Source of the DNA: an uncultured Sphingosinicella sp. | GTDB lineage: Bacteria; Pseudomonadota; Alphaproteobacteria; Sphingomonadales; Sphingomonadaceae | Assembly: GCA_964438875.1 (NCBI GenBank) | Contig: CAYTMM010000005.1 | Coordinates: 14,968 to 78,967, forward strand | Direction: 5' to 3' | Length of the DNA: 64,000 nucleotides | Part shown: positions 51,988 through 61,436 of the stretch, piece after piece | Layout: each line of letters opens with the position of its first letter | Numbering within the stretch: the stretch's first letter is position 1 | Made by a program: the position numbers and the translations under genes | Notes under the pieces: model-generated | What the model saw: only the letters and a program-made list of their open reading frames with translations | Told to the model about the DNA's origin: nothing | The model's database searches: none

Positions 51988-52601
51988 GCGATGAGGCAAA
52001 GCCGACTGAAGTTTCGGCGGATCGAGTAGAATTGTCTGCTCCAAAGCTTTTTGTTTCATATCGTTGGTCATCGCCTCAACATGAAGAGTGGGTGCTGTCA
52101 TTGGCGACCAATCTTCGTTCCAATGGAATTGAGGTGGTCCTCGACAAATGGCATCTCCAAGAAGGCCAAGATGCCTATGCTTTTATGGAACGCATGGCTA
52201 CCGACCCGGATGTGTCCAAAGTCTTGCTGATCTGCGACCGAGGCTATGTGGAGAGAGCAGACAAGCGCGAAGGGGGCGTCGGTACAGAAGCGCAAATTGT
52301 ATCGCCGCAGGTCTACGAAAAGAGTGACCAGACGAAATTTGCCGCAGCGGTTGTCGAATTTGACCCAGACGGCAAACCTTTCCTTCCTGTATATATGAGA
52401 AATCGGATTTACTTCGATCTTGCCTCGCACGAAGCCTTCTCAGAGAATTACGAAAAGGTTGTCCGATGGTCGTTTGGGAAGCCCTTTTATGCCGTGCCGC
52501 CGATTGGAAACGCACCGGAATTTCTCAATGAAACGCAGTCAATTATGTACTTAACTTCACCGAATCATCGTGATATCTCGATCACGACAGGCCGGTGCTA
52601 A
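51984..52601 (+). pseudogene. SEFIR/TIR domain protein, 3'-truncated by the IS1595 element
   Basis: FVSYRWSS...LDKWHL...GGVGTE...RIYFDL motifs; ATGA overlap with uvrA; the last ~20 codons lie inside the IS end (breakpoint 52538). Confidence 0.8.
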
Positions 52602-52644
52602 CCAAGTAAAATGATTGCCCTCCTCGCAACGAGGAGGAAAGACG

Positions 52645-52854
52645 ATGGCCGATCAGGCCGATACGAACGAAAGTGCAGCGATCCTCGGGGTGCTGAAGGA
52701 CGCCATCTGGGAGATGAATCCAGACGCTTTAGATCTGAGCAAGAACGAAGACCTGACGCATGTCGTCCTCTTTGGCCCGCTTGATCTCATGGCTTTGGGG
52801 CGGTCGATTTCCGATGCCTTTCCCGAGATTGGCGCAAGAGGCCCGGCGCCGTGA
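52645..52854 (+). CDS. Hypothetical passenger protein (69 aa)
   Basis: Strong GAGGAGG RBS before the ATG; no family recognised. Confidence 0.45.
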   Translation: MADQADTNESAAILGVLKDAIWEMNPDALDLSKNEDLTHVVLFGPLDLMALGRSISDAFPEIGARGPAP

Positions 52855-53416
52855 CAAGGTTGTCCGGAAGCGCGATCAGTTCCTCTTGCGTCATGCCGGC
52901 GAGCTGCTGATTCACCACGGCGGTTTGTGCTGCAATTTTCCCTTCGACGTACTCTCTCGCGATTGCGACGAGAAGCAGGACGTTGGGCGCCTGTTCTGGC
53001 GTGAACCCTGTCCAGACCAGGTTTATGTATCCTGCTTGCGGAGTTGATCCGGCCAGGAACCCAGCCAGGATATCGCACTGTCTGTCAGGGCCAAACCTAT
53101 GGGCCGCGAATGTGTCGCGCTTGTCTAGGATGGCGTCAAAAGCCATCTCCCAATTATCCCGACCCTTGAAGACTTCGTTCTTGTCGAGCTTGTACGGTTC
53201 GGATTTGCCGAAACACGCACAAAATTGAACGATGGCATCACGGAGGAGGCTAAGCACCACTACATGACCATCTTCGCCCTGCTCAGGCATGTTGAATGCG
53301 AGTTCCAGTGCGCGGTGGGCGTGATCAAGGTCGACTTTTAACAGGTGCAGTTCTGCCAGCTCTCGCGCCTCCGGCGTCTCTACCTTCTTGATGTAGACAG
53401 TGGTATCAGCGGCCAT
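52787..53416 (-). CDS. Passenger protein, possible HEPN-like domain
   Basis: Predominantly helical-looking protein; AIVQFCACF and RDTFAAH (R-x5-H) motifs. Confidence 0.6.
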   Translation of the reverse strand: MAADTTVYIKKVETPEARELAELHLLKVDLDHAHRALELAFNMPEQGEDGHVVVLSLLRDAIVQFCACFGKSEPYKLDKNEVFKGRDNWEMAFDAILDKRDTFAAHRFGPDRQCDILAGFLAGSTPQAGYINLVWTGFTPEQAPNVLLLVAIAREYVEGKIAAQTAVVNQQLAGMTQEELIALPDNLVTAPGLLRQSRERHRKSTAPKP

Positions 53417-53561
53417 GTCCAAAGCCCTTGAATCGAGCGAAACCTACTCCGAAGCGGAGACGGTGGCCCGTCGCGAGGCGGCGCTTAAGCGCGCGTTCGC
53501 CACCCCTCACAAGCCGCACAAGGCTAGCAGCGCGAAGGGTGGCGAGTCTCAATCGAAATAG
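53415..53561 (+). CDS. Small 48-aa protein MSKALESSETYSEAETVARREAALKRAFATPHKPHK…
   Basis: Manual translation; below the ORF-track cutoff; resembles small ORFs seen next to alphaproteobacterial IS1595 transposases (from memory). Confidence 0.45.
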   Translation: MSKALESSETYSEAETVARREAALKRAFATPHKPHKASSAKGGESQSK

Positions 53562-53603
53562 CGTTTGCGTGGTGTCCCGATCAGGCGCGGCGCGAACGTC
53601 ATC

Positions 53604-54518
53604 TTAGGCGGCGAGTTGACTAGGCCTGCGGTAGGTGAGGCGCTTGCCCTCGCCGCCCTTGAGCGCCAGCGCGGCGCGCTCGCCATCGGTCATTGAGCGG
53701 GTATTGTAGCGGAAATCGAACTCCCGGCAGTAGCGTCCGAGGTGCGCCTCGCTCATGTGGTGATAGGTGCCGATGACGCCGCGCTTGAAGATTGAGAAGA
53801 AGTTTTCGGCGGTGTTGCTATGCTTGAAGCCGCCAGTGGTGACGAACTCTTTCGCGCTGTGATTGACGACGCTGTGACCGTTAAACTCGCGGCCGAGCGC
53901 AGTGTAAACCGGGGCCTCGTCCGTCATTAGGTGCGAGGCGCGATCAACGTTCACGGTGATAAGGCCGCGAAGCTGCTTGGCGGTCACATTGGCGACGTGG
54001 AAGCTGCGCACATGGCCGTCGCGCTCTACCAGCGCCAGAACCGGCTTCTTGGGGGCAGGCTTGCGGGTGGCGCGGTTTTTGGCCTTGCCGCCGACATAGG
54101 TTTCATCGGCCTCCACAACGGCGTTAGGACCGCCCAGAGGATCGTTATCGGTCGCGCCGTCCATCGCCTCGCGGATGCGATGACAGAGGAACCACGCGGT
54201 CTTGTAGGTGACCCCCAACATGCGCTCGATCTGCTTGGCGCTCATGCCCTTCTTGGACGCGGCGAGCAGATGGAAAGCGAGCAGCCACTTATGCAGCGGA
54301 ACGTGCGAACGCTCCATGATTGAGCCGGTGCGGACGGTGAACTTGTCGCGGCAATCGTGGCAGAGGAAGTAGACCGTCTGCGTCTTGCCCGCGAGGCGAG
54401 CGACGCGGACCGATCCGCAATGCGGGCATGACGGCTCGCCGCCCCAACGTGACGCTTCGCAATGAACCTGTGCGGCGTCTTCGTTGTGGAAGATCGGGTC
54501 GGTGATGTTGACGGACAT
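53604..54518 (-). CDS. IS1595 family transposase
   Basis: Zn ribbon CPHC...CHDC; VEADETYVGG, MTDE, and NTAENFFSIFKRGVIGTYHH...EFDFRYN motifs. Confidence 0.95.
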   Translation of the reverse strand: MSVNITDPIFHNEDAAQVHCEASRWGGEPSCPHCGSVRVARLAGKTQTVYFLCHDCRDKFTVRTGSIMERSHVPLHKWLLAFHLLAASKKGMSAKQIERMLGVTYKTAWFLCHRIREAMDGATDNDPLGGPNAVVEADETYVGGKAKNRATRKPAPKKPVLALVERDGHVRSFHVANVTAKQLRGLITVNVDRASHLMTDEAPVYTALGREFNGHSVVNHSAKEFVTTGGFKHSNTAENFFSIFKRGVIGTYHHMSEAHLGRYCREFDFRYNTRSMTDGERAALALKGGEGKRLTYRRPSQLAA

Positions 54519-54588
54519 GTCGATTGTTTCCCTCTGTGCGGACACTTATGCCGCAAGAGGGATGTGAAGTAAAGTATATAATTGCCGC

Positions 54589-54807
54589 CCGATCGGTGAG
54601 GACCAGGCCGTCTTCCGCATCCTGCCGGTCGAGGACATGATCGCAGACCGGATGGGGCAGTATGCCAGCGGCTCCGCGCCGGACATGCGTCGGCAGGCGG
54701 CGGCGTTGCTTGCCCTTTATCCCGATCTCGATCGCGACTATCTTGAACGGCGCATCCGGGAAGAGACGTGTGGCGATCATGGCATCGAAGACATCGAAGA
54801 CGAATGA
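54589..54807 (+). pseudogene. 3' fragment of a gene (possible nucleotidyltransferase-like) whose 5' part was removed at the IS end
   Basis: Open frame from the IS boundary: PIGEDQAVFRILPVEDMIADRMGQYASGSAPDMRRQAAALLALYPDLDRDYLERRIREETCGDHGIEDIEDE*; no start codon region upstream. Confidence 0.55.
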
Positions 54808-54970
54808 GCGCAAGGACGAGGTGGTGGACATGGCCGCCTTCGGCCGCGACCTCGTCGCGCGCCGCGCCCAGCTCGGCAATCCCGAACTCCCTCGCAACAG
54901 CGGCAAGCGCAGGACTGCGTCCAAGCGCGCCCTCCTGAAAGCGATCGAGGAAGCCGGCGGCCGCTGGTAG
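54779..54970 (+). CDS. Small basic hypothetical protein (63 aa)
   Basis: LPRNSGKRRTASKRALLKAIEEAGGRW; overlaps the upstream fragment, suggesting a two-gene module. Confidence 0.6.
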   Translation: MASKTSKTNERKDEVVDMAAFGRDLVARRAQLGNPELPRNSGKRRTASKRALLKAIEEAGGRW

Positions 54971-55109
54971 GCCCCCTACAACCCCGGGCTTCCCTGCCCC
55001 GCGCCGGCGAGCCCGTACATCGCCGCGGCATGAATGTGCAGTTATGCCGCCCATTCATGCTATAGTCCCCCCGTCCACGTGAACCGGACGCACGAAGGGG
55101 GCATTGCAT

Positions 55110-55562
55110 ATGCGTCATTTCCTTCCGCTCCTGGCTCCTATCCTCTTTCTCGCGGCCTGCGGCGTCGGCGGCACGGGGAATGGCGGCAATTCCCAGAACG
55201 CCGGGTCTCTCGGCATCGGAGATATCGTCGAGATCGTCGGCAATGAGGGCTACCGGGATTACGAGCGCCCGGACGGCACCTTCGATCGCGACGATTATCG
55301 CCGGATCAACATGGAAGTCTGCCGGCGGGCGCTGAACGACCCAGAAGGCCCCGCCCCGCCAGAAGTGGCCGAGGATTTCTGCACCTGCATCGTCGATCAC
55401 TTGCTGATGGCCGACGACGATCAGCTCCGCGCGATCCGCAGCGATCGCGAATATGGGGATCGCGCGCACGGCATCGTGATGCGGGCCTGCACGCCGGTCC
55501 TTGAAGGCCTTCCCCCCGATCCGCTCGTCGCGCCGGAGGATGAGGCGGGCGGCGCTGGCTGA
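55110..55562 (+). CDS. Lipoprotein with C...CxC...C pattern
   Basis: Lipobox LAAC; VCRRAL...FCTCIVD...RACTP. Confidence 0.7.
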   Translation: MRHFLPLLAPILFLAACGVGGTGNGGNSQNAGSLGIGDIVEIVGNEGYRDYERPDGTFDRDDYRRINMEVCRRALNDPEGPAPPEVAEDFCTCIVDHLLMADDDQLRAIRSDREYGDRAHGIVMRACTPVLEGLPPDPLVAPEDEAGGAG

Positions 55563-55661
55563 GCCGCGACCGGAGTTAGGGTGCCGGGGTTATGGTGACA
55601 GCGCACGAAATGCTCGTTCGCACCCGGCCCCCGCCCCACCCCTTGCCCACCCCCTTGCAAT

Positions 55662-55682
55662 GTAGGATTTCCTCTGTCCTAC
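55662..55682. promoter_or_regulatory. Palindromic operator GTAGGA-N9-TCCTAC
   Basis: Lies just after TTGCAA (-35-like) and 8 bp before the 55691 ATG. Confidence 0.5.
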
Positions 55683-55690
55683 GCTCGTCG

Positions 55691-56560
55691 ATGAGCAGGA
55701 AACGCAAACGCCCCACCGAACCCGGCGGCATGTATCGGGATCCCGAAACCGGCTGTTTCGTGAAGATCAACGATAATGGCGAGCCGGAGCCGTTCGATCC
55801 CGGGCCCTATGATCCCTATCGCCCCGAACCGGAGCCGGAGCCGCACCGCAACATCCCGATCCGCGCCGATGGCAGCGTCTCGCCATTCTACACGCTCAAT
55901 CAGGACGAGCTGGAGCGATGGCGGCAGGATAATCCGCGCCGCGATGCGCGCCGGACGCGGCGGGACGGGTGGACGCTGGAGCGGCAGCAGCAGTTCATCG
56001 AAACGCTCGCCGCCACCGCCTCGGTCAGCGAATCGTGCCGCTATGTCGGCCTGTCGCGGCAAAGCGCGCACAAGCTCTATCAGCGCTCGCCTCAGTTCCG
56101 CGCCGCGTGGGACGAGGCGCTGAAGGCCGCTGTCGGCGTGCTCGCCGCCACGGCCTTCGATCGCGCCGTGAACGGCACGCAGGAACAGGTCTGGCATGAC
56201 GGCCGCATGGTCGGCTTCCGCGAGAAGCATCATGATCGGCTGCTCCTCTATCTGCTGCGCGTGCGCGATCCGCTCAATTATGCGCCGCTCGACGATCTGG
56301 TCGGCTGGCGGCATCGCCGCGCGGTCGAGGATCGCTCCGGCGGCATCGCCCCGGTGCTCGATCGCCTCGCCGAGGCCGAGCGCGCCTGGGCCGAAGCCGA
56401 TGCTCCGCCGCCCCAGCTCGCCGCGCCCGTGGACCGGCTGGAGGGCGCGCCGGATCCCTTCGCGCCGCCCGCCGCGCCCGCTCTGGAGGACGCCCGCCCG
56501 AACCGCCGTGCAACCTCCGAAGCTCCGGAAGGCGACCCGCCAGAACACCCCTCACCCTGA
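55691..56560 (+). CDS. HTH protein resembling the phage terminase small subunit
   Basis: RRDGWTLERQQQFIETLAATASVSESCRYVGLSRQSAH...FRAAWDEAL...RAVNG...VG...DRLLLYLL. Confidence 0.65.
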   Translation: MSRKRKRPTEPGGMYRDPETGCFVKINDNGEPEPFDPGPYDPYRPEPEPEPHRNIPIRADGSVSPFYTLNQDELERWRQDNPRRDARRTRRDGWTLERQQQFIETLAATASVSESCRYVGLSRQSAHKLYQRSPQFRAAWDEALKAAVGVLAATAFDRAVNGTQEQVWHDGRMVGFREKHHDRLLLYLLRVRDPLNYAPLDDLVGWRHRRAVEDRSGGIAPVLDRLAEAERAWAEADAPPPQLAAPVDRLEGAPDPFAPPAAPALEDARPNRRATSEAPEGDPPEHPSP

Positions 56561-56611
56561 CAACTTAGTAAACTTAACAGAGAGGCGGCGCGGCCGCCGA
56601 TCTCCGCCTGA

Positions 56612-56974
56612 TCAGGCGGCGCGCAGGAAATGCCGCGCTTCGGCCTGCGTCTCGAACACGCCGATATGGGGATAAGGCGTGCCGCGCCGGATCTGCATCA
56701 TGCCCAGCCCCGGCGGTGTGACGAAGGCGCCGCGTTTGGCCCGCCACAGCGGATTGACCGGGCTGCGCAGCAGATCGATCACCTCGCGGTTCTGCACGGC
56801 GAATTGCGATGCGTCGAACAGGATGCGGATCTGGTTCATCGGGACACCCAGATCGGCGATCGCGGCCAGTTCGGCGGCCAGATAGTCGCGCGCCGTGTCC
56901 GTGGTCCAGAAGCCCGTGCCGGTCGCCTCCAGGATTGCTTCGAACCGGTCCACCTCGATGTTGAAGGACGCCAT
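56612..56974 (-). CDS. STAS/SpoIIAA-like hypothetical protein
   Basis: GFWTTDT...ILFDASQFAVQ...KRGAFV...MQIRR...VFETQAEARHFL pattern. Confidence 0.6.
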   Translation of the reverse strand: MASFNIEVDRFEAILEATGTGFWTTDTARDYLAAELAAIADLGVPMNQIRILFDASQFAVQNREVIDLLRSPVNPLWRAKRGAFVTPPGLGMMQIRRGTPYPHIGVFETQAEARHFLRAA

Positions 56975-57166
56975 ACACCACATCCCCGCCCGCGCTCCGC
57001 CCGCATATCGTGGGTCGGCTCTCGCGCGCGAGTATCGCAGCATCCGCCAGCGCCCGCAATGCGGCCATATGTGGCCATTCCGCCGGCCAGCCCCGCATCC
57101 GCCTCCCGTTTCCCTTCTCTTTCCGTCCGCATCGGCTATTCTGCGCGTCATCGGGAGAGGGGGCGT

Positions 57167-58045
57167 ATGCAGGATTTCGGCGATCCGGGCGATGCCGCGC
57201 GAACGGGGAACTGGCCGGTGCGGTTCGCTTTGGGGGCCGCCCTGTTCGGCGCCGTCCTGACCTCCGTCCCGGCATCCGCGCACGCCCAGCCCGCCCCGGC
57301 CCGATCGTTCGAAACCCGGCCCGCCGCGCCGGCGCAATTGGCTGCGCGTCCCCGCCCGGTCGCCGACGCGCCCGCGCCCGGCACACGGTCGCTCCCCGGC
57401 GGTGGCATCGCCTATGTGCCTGCCACGATCGCGCAAGGGCAACCAACGCCCTTGCTGCTGCTGCTTCCCGGAACCGGTGGCACGGCACGCCAGATGATAG
57501 ATGCCGTGCGCGCAGAGGCGGATCGGCACGGCATTGTTCTACTGGCGCTGGCTGCGGGCGGGGAGAACTGGGACGCGGTCGATCATTTCTTCGATGCCTA
57601 TGAAGCCGGATCGGCGGAGGGACGGACGCGATGGCCGACGCCACGCTTCGGGCGTGACGTCCGCCGCATCGATACGGCCCTTGCAACCCTGTTCGCTCTT
57701 GTCGCCGTCGATCCGGACCGGATCGGTGTGCTCGGCTATTCGCACGGGGCCAGCTACGCGCTCGGCCTCGGCGCCGCCAATCCACGCCTGTTCTCGACGA
57801 TCATCGCGCTTTCACCCGGCATTTTGCTCCTGCCACCGCAGCCGGCGGGCGGGCAGATCGTCTATATCGCGCACGGCACGCGGGACGAGGTGCAGCCCTA
57901 TGCCCGATCGCGTGACGTCTTCGCGCCTCGTCTTGCCGAACTGGGCTTCCGGGTCACCTTTCAGCCATTCGATGGCGGCCATATTCTCCCGCTCGGGATC
58001 GTCGCGGCAGGCGTCGCGCGCTTCCTCGCGCCACCCGCGCAATAG
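57167..58045 (+). CDS. Secreted alpha/beta hydrolase (phospholipase/carboxylesterase-like)
   Basis: LLLPGTG, nucleophile GYSHG, HGTRD and FDGGH motifs. Confidence 0.85.
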   Translation: MQDFGDPGDAARTGNWPVRFALGAALFGAVLTSVPASAHAQPAPARSFETRPAAPAQLAARPRPVADAPAPGTRSLPGGGIAYVPATIAQGQPTPLLLLLPGTGGTARQMIDAVRAEADRHGIVLLALAAGGENWDAVDHFFDAYEAGSAEGRTRWPTPRFGRDVRRIDTALATLFALVAVDPDRIGVLGYSHGASYALGLGAANPRLFSTIIALSPGILLLPPQPAGGQIVYIAHGTRDEVQPYARSRDVFAPRLAELGFRVTFQPFDGGHILPLGIVAAGVARFLAPPAQ

Positions 58046-58088
58046 GTGAACGGCTGCATCGGCTGCGTTCCTGGTCTAAAAGGACGGA

Positions 58089-58901
58089 ATGTCGGCGGCA
58101 GGCTTCTCGAACAAGCGGACGCGGTTCGGCGCGGGAGCGGCGGCGTTGGGCGTGCACGGTCTGTTGGGTCTCGGCCTCGTCTGGGGCCTCGCCGCCCCGA
58201 CCGGCATGCCCGCGCCCGAAGCCGTGCTCGACATCTTCGATATCGCGCCGCCGCCCAGCGAGCCGCTCCGCGTCGATCTCCCGCCCCCGCCGCCCCGCGC
58301 GGAGGTGCGCGATGACGCTCGCGCCGGCGCGCCGGACCGCGAGGGGGCGGCCGCCCCGCCCCATCTGCGAAACGAAGCCACGCAGATTGTCGCGCCCGCG
58401 CCTGTCATCCCCCTGCCCGTCCCGCCTCCGATCACGGCCGCGCCGGTCGCCGGCACGGGCAGCGCGGCGGATCAGGGTGCAGCGCCGGTACGCGGCCCCG
58501 GTTTCGGCGCGGGCGGCATGGGCGACGGACGCGGTGCCGGCCGGGGCGGCGACGGGCGCGGCGGCGGCGGCGAAGGCGGACGTGGCGGGCTCGGCCGCCA
58601 ACCGCCGCCGCGCCATCTGTCGGGCCGCCTGTCGGACCGCGATTATCCGCGCGCGGCAGGCGAGGCGGGGGTGAGCGGCATCGTCTCCGTCCGCTTCACC
58701 GTCGGCGTCGCGGGCCGCGTCACCGATTGCTGGATCACCCGCTCCAGCGGGAGTCGACTGCTCGACATCACCACCTGCCAGCTCATCGAGCGGCGCTACC
58801 GCTACGCACCCTCGCGCGACGAACGCGGCAATCCCGTCCCCGCCGACGTGGTCGAGGATCACGAATGGCTAAGCTATGACGATCCGCACGACACGCGGTG
58901 A
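58089..58901 (+). CDS. tonB: Energy transducer TonB-like protein
   Basis: N-terminal TM, Pro/Gly-rich linker, DYPRAAGEAGVSGIVSVRFTV...SSGSRLLD...RYRYAPSRD. Confidence 0.8.
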   Translation: MSAAGFSNKRTRFGAGAAALGVHGLLGLGLVWGLAAPTGMPAPEAVLDIFDIAPPPSEPLRVDLPPPPPRAEVRDDARAGAPDREGAAAPPHLRNEATQIVAPAPVIPLPVPPPITAAPVAGTGSAADQGAAPVRGPGFGAGGMGDGRGAGRGGDGRGGGGEGGRGGLGRQPPPRHLSGRLSDRDYPRAAGEAGVSGIVSVRFTVGVAGRVTDCWITRSSGSRLLDITTCQLIERRYRYAPSRDERGNPVPADVVEDHEWLSYDDPHDTR

Positions 58902-58904
58902 GGC

Positions 58905-60128
58905 TCAGTGCAGCCCGCGCAATGCCGTAGGGCGATCGGACTCGATTGGGGTGATCCGGCCGGGCCGGGGCTGATCCGGCCGTCCGCGCGAGGTGATCGA
59001 TGTGACGACCCGATCGCGGCCGCCGGTCTTGGCGCGGTACAGCGCCGCGTCGGCCCGCGCGATCACGCCGTCCAACCCATCATCCGATCCCCGGCAGGAC
59101 GCGACGCCGAAGCTCATCGTCACACCGACGCCAGGATGGCCGGGCAGCGCGACCGTCGCCACTCCGGCGCGCAGCCGCTCGACGAAACGCTCGGCCCGCT
59201 CCAGCGCGAAGCCGGGCAGGAAGATAGCGAATTCCTCGCCGCCGATCCGCGCTACCAGCATGTCGTCATGCGCGCCGAGCCGCAGCGTGCGCGCCACGAG
59301 CCGCAACGCATGATCGCCGGCAGCGTGGCCATGCTGGTCGTTGATCCGCTTGAAATGGTCGATGTCACCGATCGCAATGCAGCCGGCATTGGACGCGCCG
59401 AGCCGCTCGGCAAGCGCTTCGCGGAAACCGCCGCGGTTGAGCAGGCCAGTCAGCGGATCGTGCCGCGCAAGACGGGACAAAGCTGTCGTCCGATCCGTCA
59501 TCAACAGGAACAAGCCGGACAGAGCGATGGCGAGGTAGAGAACGGGAACGCCGGTGATAAGCGCGGCGCGATAGGCCTCCCGCGCCGCCCCCTCGGCGAC
59601 CGGTCCGATCCGCAGCGCGAGCACCAGCAGAACCACTTCATAAACAATGAAGGCCAAAGCGATGCCGACGGACACTTTCTCCACCGTCGATCGGCGCCCC
59701 GGCCGGGCAAGAATGGCATGCGCCATCAAAGGCAGCATGATCAGCGCGCAGATCGGGATCAGCGCGAAGTAAAGCCCCATATGCGGCCACCAGATCCGCG
59801 TGGCGACCGCGCCGAGCATGACGGCGCCGACCAAAGCCGTCAGCAGGCCGGGATAGACGGGCAGGCCGCTGCGCTGGCGATAACCCGCCGTGCCAAGCAC
59901 GATCATCGCCGTGGCCGCCAGCGTCGATCCCGCCCACAATACCGGTGGCGCGCTGCCGATGAAGTTCGCAACGAGGTTGAGGCTCCACTGGACCGCACCC
60001 GCAGCGAAGCAGGCCGCCCAGGTCAGCGCATGGCTTGGTCGCGCCATCGTGGCCCAGGCCGCGAGAAACATCGCGCACATGACCGCGCTCAGCAGCATCA
60101 TGACGATCAGCAGGGACAATACGGCCAT
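58905..60128 (-). CDS. Membrane-anchored diguanylate cyclase
   Basis: Several N-terminal TM segments; DPLTGLLNR, DIDHFKRINDQHGHAAGD, GGEEF and ALYRAK motifs; no RxxD I-site seen. Confidence 0.92.
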   Translation of the reverse strand: MAVLSLLIVMMLLSAVMCAMFLAAWATMARPSHALTWAACFAAGAVQWSLNLVANFIGSAPPVLWAGSTLAATAMIVLGTAGYRQRSGLPVYPGLLTALVGAVMLGAVATRIWWPHMGLYFALIPICALIMLPLMAHAILARPGRRSTVEKVSVGIALAFIVYEVVLLVLALRIGPVAEGAAREAYRAALITGVPVLYLAIALSGLFLLMTDRTTALSRLARHDPLTGLLNRGGFREALAERLGASNAGCIAIGDIDHFKRINDQHGHAAGDHALRLVARTLRLGAHDDMLVARIGGEEFAIFLPGFALERAERFVERLRAGVATVALPGHPGVGVTMSFGVASCRGSDDGLDGVIARADAALYRAKTGGRDRVVTSITSRGRPDQPRPGRITPIESDRPTALRGLH

Positions 60129-60297
60129 CGCGCACCTATGCGGCGCGAAATCTTAGCAAAGCCTATACACCCGCGCGAAACGACCGCCTATTTCCATGCC
60201 GCGCGCGCCATTCTTTCATTGAGCATGCGGGTGCGGCGCAACCATCGGCGCCGCCGATCATTACGCTTCTGTCCCCAATCGAGGAGAGGAAGAGCTT

Positions 60298-60693
60298 ATG
60301 CGTATCGCATATCTCGCCGTCAGCCTGTCAGCCGCGGCACTGACCGCCGGATGCGCCACCTATGAAGGTGGGCGCAGTCATGGTTCCTATGACTGGAATC
60401 GGCCGGATCCCGCTTATGGCGGCTATTATGCCGATCGCTATTATCGAGACGATCGCCGCTATCAGGAACGCCGGCTCAGCCGCAACGACCGGATCTATCG
60501 CGGTCAGGACGGCCGATATTATTGCCGTCGCAGCGATGGCACGACGGGCTTGATCATCGGCGGGCTCGCCGGCGGCGTGCTCGGCAATGTGATCGCGCCG
60601 GGTGGATCGGAGACGCTGGGCACGATCATCGGCGCGGCCGCTGGTGCGGCGGTCGGGCGCGAGGTCGAGCGCGGCAACGCCCGCTGCCGCTAA
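60298..60693 (+). CDS. Glycine-zipper 2TM domain lipoprotein
   Basis: Lipobox LTAGC; YYCRRSDGTTGLIIGGLAGGVLG...GAAAGAAVGREV. Confidence 0.88.
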   Translation: MRIAYLAVSLSAAALTAGCATYEGGRSHGSYDWNRPDPAYGGYYADRYYRDDRRYQERRLSRNDRIYRGQDGRYYCRRSDGTTGLIIGGLAGGVLGNVIAPGGSETLGTIIGAAAGAAVGREVERGNARCR

Positions 60694-60781
60694 AATCTTG
60701 TCGTCCCCGCGTTAGCGGCTTGTAAACCATGACGGCCTAGAGTTCGCCTGTTGCCGTTTCATCCGGAGCGGGAGGTGGGAC

Positions 60782-60937
60782 ATGTCGAAGCTCAAGGCTT
60801 TCGCGGTACTGGTCATCGTCGCTTTCACGGTGGACATGGTGGCGTTCGACAGCGCTTATCGGCATAGCTGGACGCAAAGCGCCAGGCATGCGGCGCATCA
60901 GGTCGCAAACCTGCACTGGACCGGCTTCATCGGCTGA
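60782..60937 (+). CDS. Small membrane protein (51 aa) MSKLKAFAVLVIVAFTVDMVAFDSAYRHSW…
   Basis: GGAGG RBS, ATG, one hydrophobic segment; below the ORF-track cutoff. Confidence 0.55.
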   Translation: MSKLKAFAVLVIVAFTVDMVAFDSAYRHSWTQSARHAAHQVANLHWTGFIG

Positions 60938-61034
60938 CGCCGCCCGCCCCACGTTCGGTGCCGTTCGGCGGACTGCGCTTTACTCCTCCACAATCTGTGC
61001 GCTTTACAGACCGGCCGAGACAGGGGGGAGCGCC

Positions 61035-61415
61035 ATGACACGCCTGCCAACCGCCGCCACCATCGCATCGATTGCCCTTCTCGCCTCCTGCGGGCCGGGC
61101 AGCGCGTTCGACAACAGCTTCCGCGAATCCTATCGCGAAAAGGCGGTCGAGGGCTGCGTCCAGGGATCGCGCGCGGCCGCCGCGCCGCCCGGCGTCGATT
61201 TCCAGCGCATCTGCGAATGCGCCGTCGACCGGCATATGGAGGGCAAGAGCGCCACCGAGTTGATGGGCGAAGCCGACGATACCGCGCGCTCGGGCGCCCA
61301 GGACGCGACGATGCAGTGCGTCCGCGATCTGGTCCCGGGCGCAGCCGCCGCGTTGCCGGGCGGGAACGCGACGTCCGCCGCCGCGGACGCCCTCGGCGCG
61401 AAACCCGGCACCTGA
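61035..61415 (+). CDS. Lipoprotein with C...CxC...C pattern
   Basis: GGAG RBS; lipobox LASC; EGCVQG...ICECAVD...MQCVR. Confidence 0.72.
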   Translation: MTRLPTAATIASIALLASCGPGSAFDNSFRESYREKAVEGCVQGSRAAAAPPGVDFQRICECAVDRHMEGKSATELMGEADDTARSGAQDATMQCVRDLVPGAAAALPGGNATSAAADALGAKPGT

Positions 61416-61436
61416 ATCTTATCCTCGATATCCCCG

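Larger units (their letters stand above)
52538..54586 (-). mobile_element. IS1595-family element with passenger genes (2049 bp)
   Basis: 23-bp imperfect terminal IRs: GTCAATTATGTACTTAACTTCAC (52538) versus reverse complement GGCAATTATATACTTTACTTCAC (54586-54564), 20/23 identical; no matching TSD. Confidence 0.85.
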
